Assembly (NCBI GenBank): GCA_045598865.1
Contig: JAZRVA010000058.1
Coordinates: 15,300-79,299, forward strand
From: Clostridia bacterium
GTDB lineage: Bacteria; Bacillota; Clostridia; Christensenellales; UBA1242
DNA length: 64,000 bases
Reading direction: 5' to 3'
Position numbers and translations under genes: made by a program. The notes beneath the pieces are model-generated. The model saw only the letters and a list, made by a program, of their open reading frames with translations, was not told the DNA's origin and made no database searches. Each line of letters opens with the position of its first letter. Position 1 is the first letter of the stretch. Shown piece by piece: positions 5,510 to 17,500 of the stretch.

Positions 5510-8500
5510 ATGAAAACAAACATTTTTAAGAAAATTTTAAAAGTCGTTGCGGGAATGGCAGTTGCGTTGGCCATGGTTTTATCCAACCCTTTGGTGCTGT
5601 TGCACCAACTTTCCCCTGCAGGGGACACGGAAAATGGTGGGGGGAGTTTGTATGCAAGTGCAAGTTCTGCCTCAAACCCAAATGTTGGCGCTGTTGCAGG
5701 CGTAAGTTCTTTGCAGGACTTGCTTGTTAAAACAACATTAACAAACAATGGATATAAAAATGATGGCACTGCAATAACAGATGATTTAACGACACAGGAC
5801 TATGTTTGGCTGCCAAAAAGCGGCTCTGCCAGCGATTTAACGGCTATTCAGGGCATGGTTACAAACAGCGATGCTGGCAGAATGACCACAGCCACCGAGT
5901 GGGCCCTTGCTAACAACAGCTACGTATATGATTGCTGCACAACTAGCTCACCATATTACTGGCTGCGCTCTGCTCCTTCTGCTTCTTATGTGCACCGTGT
6001 GTACTACTTTGGCAGTGTGGTTGACACCTATGTGTACTCCTCCTACGTTGCGGCGCGTCCCGCTTTGCAACTCAATCTTGCATCTATAATCTCCGCACGA
6101 AGTGCGTTGGGCATTGAAATTGATGCAACTGCTGGCACAATAATCATTCCGCAAGTTAAATACCCTCAAACGCTGGTTGACACAACAAGCGCTTTGGCAA
6201 CAACGTTAAACACCCTGGGCAACACAGACAGTTCCACTAGGGCAGTTAGTCCTTCTGGTGGAATGCTTGCCACAGGGGTATCCTATCCTGGCTACGACAG
6301 CAGTTACAAGGAATACTATTATGATGGAAACTACTATGTTCACGCTAAAATTAACAGATACTCGGGCTCGGATTCGTTGCCTTTTGCACAAGAGCAAGAC
6401 ACTGCCACTGAAGACCCAAGCACTCACAAGGTTACTTGGACTACTGCCGATGATTTGGCCAATGGCAAGTATGCATGGTTTAAGGTGGAGCCAATTGTAT
6501 GGCATATTTCTAACTTGAGTGAAATTTTAAGTGATATAAATAACAACAACACAAGCACCACAAACACAATGTATGTTATATCAAACCAAGCAATTGTGGA
6601 GATGGGACAATTTTATATCAACGGCAGTGATGCTTACCGCAGCATGTGGCAGAACTCCCGCTTAAGGGCATACTTAAACGGCTACAATTTGTTAGAAGAA
6701 AACGCAACAAACGGCAATGCAACTTACAATGCTGCGCTTGTTACAAACAACAATGCTAATTTTGACTTTTCTGGGCCAGGAAAGGGCTTTTTGCAAACTG
6801 TTTGGCATGAGGCTGTGCCTGCTAAGGTTATTTTTGACCCAGTGGGGGGAGATAGCTTTGTTGCATTACAATCAGCCTTGAATGTGGCAAGTGTTCAAAA
6901 TGTTAGGTTTGCATCAACTTTAACTGTTGATAATGCTTTTGTTTCTGCAAATGGGTCAACAATAGATTTTAAGGGCAAAACTCTTTCTGGGGTTGGTATA
7001 AACAACTGCTTAATTAACATAACAACTTCTTCTGATGTAACAATTGCAAATGCTAATTTTGCCGATTGCCCTTATGGCGCGATAGTGTCAACCGGCACTG
7101 GAAAATTAAATGTTCAAAATTGCACATTTACAAATTGCTATGTGAATTATGAACAAACGGTTACTTCAACTACAGTGGTGGAGAACAAGGCGCAAGGTGG
7201 GGCTATTAAAGTTACGGGAGATTTGAAGGCCACAAACTGCAATTTTGTGGGGTGCTATGCAAAGGCAAGCGTTACTGCAACTGGCAGTGGGGTGGTTGCA
7301 ACTGTTAGCAACCTTGCCCAAGGCGGCGCAATTTATGCCAAACCTGCCTCTGGCACAGCCAATGTGGAACTTACAAACTGCACATTTGACGGGTGTTATG
7401 CACAGTATTCTCAAACTTTAAACGATAGCGCCACGGCTAGCAAAGATTCTGTGGATTGTGGTGGAGCTGTGTTTGTTGAAGGTGAGTCAACGATTACAGA
7501 CTGCACTTTTACAGGTTGTTATGCTGCCGATGGTGGAGCAATTAATGCAACAACCACAAATGTTAAAGCATGCACCTTTACGGGGTGTTATGCCAGCTCT
7601 TCCGCTGGAGCAATTAGGGCAACCACACTTGAAACGCACAACTCAACCTTTGAGGGCTGCTATTCCCAGGCTGGTGGAGGGGCTGTGAGGTGCACAAACG
7701 CAAGTGTTTATGATACATCTTTTTATTCATGTCGCTCAAATAGTAGTGGTGGAGCAATACTTGCAATTACACTAAATCTTAACAATAGTTCATTCAACAA
7801 TTGTTGTGTTACTAGTGGCAACTCAGGTGCAGTTTATTGCGGAAGTTTGTATGGCGACGGCAATAAATTTACTAATTGTTATGCACAAAGTTATGGTGGA
7901 GCTATAAATTGTTCTGATGGTATACTTGAAATTAGTAATACATTGTTTGACAATTGCTACTCACAACTGTCTCAATATCAAGGCGGGGCAATTTCCACCA
8001 CAAATGGCTCTTACAAAAAGATTGTTAATTGCCAGTTTTACAACTGCTATTTAAACAATGCAAAAAATACAACAGACACTGGTTATGGCGGTGCTGTGTA
8101 TGTGGCAAACAATAGTTATACTTCACCAGGGGCATGTAGTGCCGATGTTAGCATTGTGGGGTGCGTGTTTGGCAAGTGGGTGGATGCTAATGGTGATGGT
8201 GTGGTGGATGCAAATGAAAATGAAATTTTTGGCAACAAGGCTAAATATGGCGGCGCGTGCTACATAAACACCACGGGCAATGTTACCATTGAGGATAGCA
8301 CATTTGTGGGCAACGACTTTAATTACAGCGGGGAGGTTTTTTTTAACGTGAACTTTATGGGTGCGGCACTTTATGTGCCTAGCGGAAATGGCAAAAACTT
8401 GATGCTTTCTAACTGCGTGTTTGAGCACAATGGATATGGGGTTATCTCTGGCTCAGATAAAGGCATTGGGACTTTGTTTGCAAGTGGTTATAAAACATAT

Positions 8501-11500
8501 ATAACAAACTGCGTGTTTGATGACTGCCGTGGAGGAGTAGCGTCTGCGCTTAAAATAAATGGAAGCGGAAATTTTGTTATGAGTAACACTATAATTAAAG
8601 ATACAACAACTGGTTATGGTGGGCTTGTGGATGTTGGAGATTTTAACTATCTTAGTGTGAGCAATTGTTCTTTTAGTGGTTATAAAAATGGGAACCATAG
8701 GAATGACGCTAAAACTCTTTACAGATTTGCAGGCAATACAGAAATTGAATTTAAAAGCAATATCATTTTTAACCATGATTACACAAGTACTACTGCGAGT
8801 GGCACTTGCGTTTCGCTTGACTCGGTAACTGGTACGGTTAAGAAGATTGAAGGCAACACCTTTGAACAAAACAAAAGCTTTACAAATGTGCTTAACGTTT
8901 TCAACAGCTATAGAGTGCAGAGCTACTTGAAAGATAACAAATTTGTGAACAACACAAACAAAGATGGTGGTGGGAACATTGTTAATGTTAACGTATACAC
9001 GTATAACAGTGTCACGTTGGATGGGGGTGACAGATTGGTGGTGGAAGATTGCGTGTTTGAGGGGAATAGTGGCAGGGCGCTTTATGCCGGGGCGCACATA
9101 AACACAATTAAGAACTGCACGTTTAGCAACAACACGCTTGCTAGCGGCAACGGCGCGGCAATTAATTTGCCTAAGCCAACGGCAGGTTCAACTGGGTTGA
9201 CAGACCCACCTTATCTCAAAACCAGCGAGAAAAACCAAATTTTGAATTGCAAGTTTAGTGGAAATTTGACGTCAGCTAATGATTCGCTGGGTGGCGCTAT
9301 TTATTCTATTGAGAATAGGGTTGACATTGTTTCTTGCCAGTTTAGTGCAAATCAGGCAAAATCCGCAGGAGGTGCTATTAGAGCTGATATAACAAATTCT
9401 GACAATAGAGAACACTGTTTGATAAGTATTTCAAATTGTCAATTCTATGCAAATGTTGCTTCTAACGGGGATGGTGGTGCTGTTTCATCTACTAACAAAT
9501 CTGAGTGTGATGGATGTTTGTTTGAGAAAAATTCCGCAAGAAAAGGCGGCGCCGTTTCTATGAACTTTGCACCGACGTTTAAAAATTGTAATTTTTATGA
9601 TAACTATGCTACAACTGAAGGTGGGGCAATTTTCAGCGGAAGCAGTGTTTCTCTTACCGATTGTTTGATTTCCAACAATTATGCTGGTACAAATGGTGGT
9701 GGTGCAAAAGGGAACGCATTTTCAATTAAGGGTGGAACACAAATTATTAACAATTATTGCGGTTCCTCTGGTTTTGGTGCGGGTGTTTATGTTAGTTATA
9801 TTGGCTTTACATTAGTTCCTAGTGCTAAGGCCATTGTTATTAATAACAATTTTGGCAATGCTGTATGGGATGACACAAACAAAAAAGTTGAGAGTTATGA
9901 CGAAAACAAACCATCAAATGTTTACAAAGTTGACCCTTATATGATTGGATTTGACTCGTCATATTTTAAATATGGCAAACCTAACATTGATGTTGGATTT
10001 TCGTTTAACAACCTTGACATCCAAAATCATATTGGTGATGGCAAGGATTATTGTTTTGTTGTACATGAAACCGAATGGGCTTATTCTGATATTTTAGAGT
10101 GTTTGCACCCAGATGTAACAACAGTTGAAATTACTAGTGGTGATAATGCCGGAATTTATGATTTGGTGCCATACTATGATAGCGCTAAATACATGTTAAA
10201 AATTATCAAGCAAGGCAGTGACAACATTGAATATGTTGCAAGCGGGTTTTATGGGCCTTATGACGGCTGGTGGCACACGGTGGATGTTAAGGTGGTTAGC
10301 CCAGATAGTGGTTACACAATAAAATATAGCAATGCCGAGAATGGCACATTTAGTGCAGATTTGGTGGAAAACCAAACTGTGTTTAAAGATGTTACGGTCG
10401 AAAGAACGGTGTGGTTCACCATTGAGGCTAGTGGCAAAACCACGGTTAAGGACAGTGCAAAAGTTACTATTATTGCAATGCCAACTCAAATTATTTTAAG
10501 TTCTGCCAAACTTACTGCCGATTTTGGCACGAGTTTTGCCGTTAACACATCACTTAACGGCTATTTAACTGGGGCTTTTGTTGTGGATGCAAATGGCAAC
10601 AATGTTGCGGGGGATTTCTATTTTAGCACAGCGCAAACCATGAGCATGCAAAGTGGTGCTATTAAGGCATTTGGTGGCAACTTGACGTTTAAACCAAGCA
10701 ACTCTAACTTTGCTGCACCTACTGCTGTGGCGGCAAGTGGAATTGCTGGGGCTGTGGTTTACACAGATTTGTGGTATTATGACGGCTATTTTTACAACAC
10801 ACTTGCCAGGGCTGCAACTAAGAGTGGAGAATCTATTACAAGTGACACAACTTATAGGGTAAGCAAGGCAGACAATGGTGCAACACTTACGGCCATGCTT
10901 AAATTTTTGCCTGCAAATGCAACGGTTTACTTCTTGACTGCTTATAACGTGGCGGCAAACGAAACTTTGGAAATTGGCACAAACAATTTTGTGTTTACCA
11001 AAATCACTGATACTAATATAGTTGGTATTATTGGTAATACTAATAATATATTTAGTATACAAAGCGGCAAAACCCTTACCATAACCACCGACAAATTTGG
11101 GCGCTTAACCATTTGCGGTGTGGGAACAGCTTCAAACAATCAGGCACTTATTGCAAACGCGGGAACACTTACTATTGATGGAAATGTGGTGATTAGTGCA
11201 AACAACACCACCGGTAACGCATCTTTGAAAGGTGCGGGAATTAGCGGGGGCACGGTGAATTTAACGGGTGTGACGCTTACTGGGCTTGTGGCGGCAGATT
11301 GCGCGGCAATTTATGCCAGCGGCAATTTAAGTTTGACAGACGTGGTTGTGAACAACTGCACAACAAACGCAAACAACAGCATTGTGTGCACAAATGGCAC
11401 GGCAACAATTAACTACTCAACAATTTCTGGCAACAGCGGCAACAACAGAAATGACGTTTTAATTAACGGCGGTGGTTCTGACGTGGTGCATGCAATAAAC

Positions 11501-14500
11501 GGCAGCAACATGGATAGTGTTTATTTTGCATCTAGTGCTGGCGGAACAATCAACCTAAGTGGAAATGTGCAAATTCCAAAAATGAGCTACTATTTTTATG
11601 AAAGTTCAACCTCTGGCTTTGCAGTTTACAATGTGGGGCTAACAGCCGCAAGCAGAATAAAACTAAATGCCACAAACTCCACTGTTGTGGGCACATATGC
11701 ATTGCGCACGGCGGTTTATAGCCTAGATGGCATTTATGGCAAAATTTTTAGCCTTCTCAACTCTGGCACGGGCATTGGCGGGCTTGGCATTTCTGGCGGA
11801 TTTATGGTGGTGCTTGCCACAAGTTCATCTTCCACAGAAGATGAAGAAGACGAAGAAGATGAATACCTTCGTGTTTTACCAACTGGCTTGCAAGAGGTGG
11901 AGTATATTGAACGTAGTTCTGGCACCATTACTTTAAACGCTAATTTTAACCCACAAACTGACATTTTTGAATTGGTCTATTCCTCCAATGAATTTTTTTG
12001 GTGGCCATATGGGATGTGGACATCAAGTAATTGTTCAGTATTTACTATTAATGGTGCAAGTCAATACTATAGCAATTTTAATGTTTCTTCAAAAACAAGA
12101 CTAACATTTGGCAAATCTCGTATTAGACTTGAAAACCTGTCGTCTGGTGCTCAAACTGGCACGTCAAATTCAGCATGGGGGACACAAACTTCTTCAAGTT
12201 TTGAATTTCTTTCGGGGAATTATTATGGATTTAAGGTTTGGTCAAATGAAATTTTAGTTCATAATCTTGTTCCATGTGTTGTTAAAGCAGATCAAACATT
12301 TACAGATTCAACAGATACAACATATAACGAGAATAAAGTTGGCTTTTATGATGTATTAACTGGAATATTTTATTGTGGTTCTGGTTTTTCTGCTAGCGCA
12401 ACCACTGGTTTCTATGAAGAAATTTACTGGGATCCAGCAAACACTAGCACAAATGCAGATGATGCAAACAATGGTTCGCAGTATGCGCCAGTGCTCAGTT
12501 TAGACAAAGCAGTAAAGTTGGCAAAACAATATGGCGCGGTTGTAAAGCAACTTAGCACTTTAACCGTTAGCACCGAAACCACCCTAGACTTTAAAAACGT
12601 GGTGCTTGGCAGAGCCAGCGGGTTTACTGGGGACCATTTGAGTGTTTCCACCACCGATGCGGTAACCGTTAACAACGTGCGTGTGGATGGGAATTATACA
12701 ACAGTGGGGGATCTGTTTGCATATAAAATTTCCACAGTGGCAGGTGCAAATGTAACACTTAATAACTTTAAAATGGACACTTTGACTTATGGTGGAATTA
12801 AATTTGCGGGAGATTCAACAACCAAAACAGCTGTGCTTAATATTAACAATGCAAAGATTAACAGCAGGTGTAATTCTATGTCAGACAACGATGAAAAAAG
12901 GTGTATAAATATTAATAACACAGAAACTGTAACCTTAACAAACTGCGACCTTAGCGGCAGTGCACAAATTTATTGCAGTGATGGCACATTGAATATTAAC
13001 AACTGCAACTTGCATGATAACTGTTTTGGCTCTGGCACGCAGGCCGTTCCTGGTGGGGCTGTAAGAGCCGCAACAGTTGTGGCTAAAAACTGCAAGTTTA
13101 TAAACAACAAAACAAGCAAGTCTGGTGGGGCGATTTATGCAAGTTCCGTAAATGCTACAAATTGCACATTTAGTGATGGAACAGTTGGTTATAATGTACA
13201 TGGTGCTGGCATTTGTTCATCTGGCAATGTAGTGGTGGAAAATTGCAGGTTTGAAAACTTGGCTTGCTCAACTTCGGGCGATACGCATGGGGGCGCAATT
13301 TCTGCTAATGGAACTGTTACGGCAAAGAGTTGTCAGTTTATTAAAACTGCGGCATACCAAGGCGGTGGTATTTTTGCCGGTGGTGACGTGTATTTAGAAA
13401 ATTGCGACTTTGATAAAATATTTAAATTTTACAGTGCAACTAATCACTGGGGTGCTGCATTTGTTCATGCTGGAAGTAACAAAATAACTGCAATTAATTG
13501 CACGTTTACAGATTCTTGGGCTGGGAAAAGTATTTTTCAATGTGGTGCAATGGTTATGGATAACTGTATTATTTCAGGTTGCTCAAATGGCACATCGTAT
13601 GGTAGTTGCTCGATACAATGTTCTTCAATTGAAGCCACAAATTGTACATTTATAGACAACAATTGTACTATAAATGAAAAAGGTATAATTTACTGCACTG
13701 GAAATGTGACACTAACAAATTGTGATATTTCTAGAAACACAACAAGAGACACGATAATTTTTGCAGACAACGCCTCTGCAAATGTGGTTATTAAAGACAC
13801 AAAGATTAATAACAACACTGTTACAGGACAAGATATTGGGCAAAATGGCTCTACAAACTGGGTGCTTAACTTTGCTGGTGGTGTGTATGTGGCAGGAACG
13901 GCCAACATAACAAACAGCGAAATTTGCAACAACTCTGCAACCAGAAAAATGACGGTTAACAACAATAGTGGTGTGGAAATAAACTGTGTTGGTGGGTTGT
14001 TTGTTAGGGGCGAAACAACATTAAGTAACGTAAAAATTAACAATAATGCATTTTCAAGCACAAACATGAATGTGCACGATAATACAACAAAAACCGAGAT
14101 AAACACTATTGGTGGTCTGCTTGTTAAGAACACACTAACTTTATCTAATGTGGAAATTAACAACAACACTGTTAATGTAACCGAAACATTAACAAATAAT
14201 GCGTCACAATCTTACACTGAGGTTGGCGGTTTACGTTCCACTAGCACGGCAACATTAACAAATGTTGAAATTTGCCACAACACATCCACAAACGGCATTG
14301 GTGGACTTTCCACCGGCGGTGGCACCTGGCTTAATGTAACCGTTGGCTATAACACGGGGTATACATATGGGGTTGGAATAACTTCTGCAACGCAAATAAC
14401 CAACTCTAACTTCTGTTACAACACTGTTACCAGAAACACAAGTGAATCAATGTCTGGATTGCATTTGAATGCAGGTAGCACATTTACAAACTGCAACTTT

Positions 14501-17500
14501 TTTGGTAATAAAAACGGAAACTGTTGTGGTGTTCATTATTCATGGAGTGGAAATGGTACTTTTTATAATTGCTCTTTCTATGATAATTATACAACAAGCG
14601 GTCATAACTATGGTGGTTGTATTATTGCAACAAACGGAGATTTGTTGAAGATGTATAATTGCAAGATATACAACAATATAAGCACAAATATGAATACTAT
14701 TGGAGTGGCCAACCAAAGTGCTTATTTCTACAATACTGAGTTTTATAATAATTCAACTAGTGGAAGTTATGTGGTTGGTAACAATTATAACTGTTCAACT
14801 GTGTGGTTTGAGAATTGTAGTTTGCATAATAATAAAGGTAGAATTATAAATTCTTATACAAATGCAAATAATCTTCTTACAATGATAAATACATCCGTGT
14901 TTGCAAATAATGATACAAATGAAAATAATTATTCCATTTCACTTTCAAAAGCCAATATAGACAATTGTCAATTTTACAATAATACAAAAAACGGTTCAAA
15001 TCCATTTATTAGAGGTGAAACAGGGGATTTTTCTGTTACAAATTGCAGATTTTACAACAATAGAGCAACCCTTATTAATAGGGCTGGTGGGGTGATAACC
15101 AATTTTTCTAACAATTACATTTCTGGCAACACTGGCGAATATATAGTTAGTGTTTCTGGAACTGTAACCAATTTTGAAAACAATGTGTTTGCAAACAACA
15201 AATTAACCAGCAACAGTTATGGTGTTGTTTACATGCCAACTGGTTCTACTGTAAAGGGTTGTGTTTTCTATGGCAACACAAACGTTTCTACGGGTGCAGA
15301 CAGCCCAATTATTTTGGTTGGCAGTGGCAGAACTGTTACGTTTGACAGTTGCTTGTTCTACGAAAACGCAAGTTTGGGCACTAGTGCCACTGCAAACAAG
15401 GTGTTTAAGTTTGTGGGCGAGGCAAACTTTAACGCTTGCCAATTTGCAAATAACTACTACTATGATTCCAACCTTTCAACCACCAAAAAATTGGCAATTG
15501 CTAGTGTTTATGTGGACGGCGGCGTGGCAACTATTGACGGCTGCGTGTTCACCCTAAACCCAAGCACTGATTTGCCTTTTGGTAATTATGGCGTGTTCTA
15601 CGTGAACAGTGGCGAACTTAACATATATGGCAAGTTTGAAAAACTTGCGCTTGGTGAAGCTAATTTGGTGGTTGTTGATGGTGGCGTGGCAAACGTTTAT
15701 GCCCAAATTTTAAGCAACACGGTAAGTGTGGCAATAATTAAGCAAAGCGGTGGCGAACTTAACTTAAAGGGCACTATAATTAGCGGAAACACTGCCACCG
15801 CGGGCAGTATTATTGAGCAATTGGGCGGAGATTTGAACATACAATCTGCCACAATTTCAAATAACACTTCTAGCCAAGGCAGTGTGATTGACGCAATTGG
15901 TGGAGATTTTAGCGCAACGGGCAGCACAATTGCAAACAACACGGCAAGTGCGGGAGCTATTTTAAAAACTGGTGCGGGTGTGGCCAAAATTTCTGCCTGC
16001 ACAATAAGCGGCAACACCACGCAAAGTGGCACAATTTATACGGGTGGCATGCTTAATTTAAAACAAAACACAATTGCAAACAACACAGGCGTAAACGGTG
16101 GCGCAATATGTGTGGGCAACGGCGGTGTGTGCGTGTTGGAAAGTGGCACACTTGCCTCCAACACTGCAACAAGCGGCGGGGCAATATATGTTGAAAACGG
16201 CGGGTTGTTCACCTTGCTTGCCGGTGTTGTGGGAGAAACAAACACAGCCTCTGGCACAAATACCTCCGAGGGCGGTGGCGCAATTTATGTGGCTGAGGGC
16301 GGCAAGGCGGTTATAAACGGCGGCGAAGTTGTGGGTAACACTGCCAAGTATGGTGCAGGAATTTATAACAACGGCACCCTTGTTGTTAATGACGGAAAAT
16401 TTTGGAAAAACAAGATATCAGTAGCTAGTGGCATGGGTGGTGGAATTTATAACTCTGGCTTGGCAACCATAAATTATGTGCAACTTTCTGCCAACAATTA
16501 TATAAGCACCAGTTCTCAAACAATTTATGGTCTTGCCCTTGCAAATAGTGGAAAACTTAACATGCTTGGTGGAATTGTTGAAAATAATTCATTTGATGCT
16601 TGTTCAGGTGCTGTTTATTGCAATGAAGGCACAGCAAACATTAGTGGTGTAACATTTGATAACAATGCAAATTACTTTGGTAGTGCAATTAATGTAAAAG
16701 CAACTGCAACTGCGAAAATTGCAAACTGCACATTTAATTTGCCAACTTCATATCGTCACCCAAGTGGTGGCAATGGTAGAGGTGCTGGATTATACTTGGA
16801 AGGCAACTTTGAAGTTGAAAACTGCCATTTCTCTGGCACCGGAACAAGCAACACAAAATATAATGGTGCTGTTTACATAATCAACACCGCTAGTGGCAAA
16901 ATGACGGACTGCACGTTTGAGGATATATTCTTTAATGGCTGCTCTGCTTTTGCAGGCACTGTGGGCGCTGGCAAAACCGTGGAAATTGTGGATTGCACAA
17001 TTTCGGGGTGCAGAAAAGACGGCACAGACAGCAGTTCAAATGTGTTACAAGCAGACGGCGAGGTTATTATTGATAATTTGCATTATGTTAATAACTATGG
17101 AACGAACTATGCTGGCTTTAATTTAAGAGGGTCTGGCAGTGTTGTTATTCGCAACAGCTTGTTTGAGGGAAATTACACTACCGCAACAAATGACAATGTT
17201 GAGTTTGTATGCGCACTTGCTTTGGGTGGCACGGCAACAAAATTGGTTGACAACTGCGTGTTTAAAAACAACAATAACTCAAGCCGTTCGGTTTCTACTT
17301 TGTATATTTCAAATACTGCACAGGATGTTACAATAAAAGATTGCACATTTGAAAACAACACCTGTTATAGTGTCATTTATACAAAAACAGCAAGTGGCAC
17401 TGCAGGTAGTTTAAAATTTGTTGGCAATAACACAATTGAAAATAATAATGTTAAAAGAAAAGCAATAGATTTCGTAAATGAAAGCACAAGTGGTTTTGGC

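Noticed and set aside
5639-5644. G6 homopolymer at codons 44-45 of giant gene 1 as a slipped-strand phase-variation tract
   Set aside because: Six residues is shorter than tracts known to switch at useful rates (usually 8 or more). It is worth checking in read data, but there is no support from sequence alone.
8453-9097. Long antisense or alternative-frame ORFs inside the giant genes, for example 8453..9097, 10565..11062, 13690..14169, 17592..18248, 24933..25565, 25676..26224, 26250..26813 and 20666..21073
   Set aside because: They lie entirely within the giant sense ORFs and have low-complexity, Cys/Phe/Leu-rich translations. Their stop-free frames are explained by the biased codon content (GGN, AAC, ACN repeats) of the sense strand.
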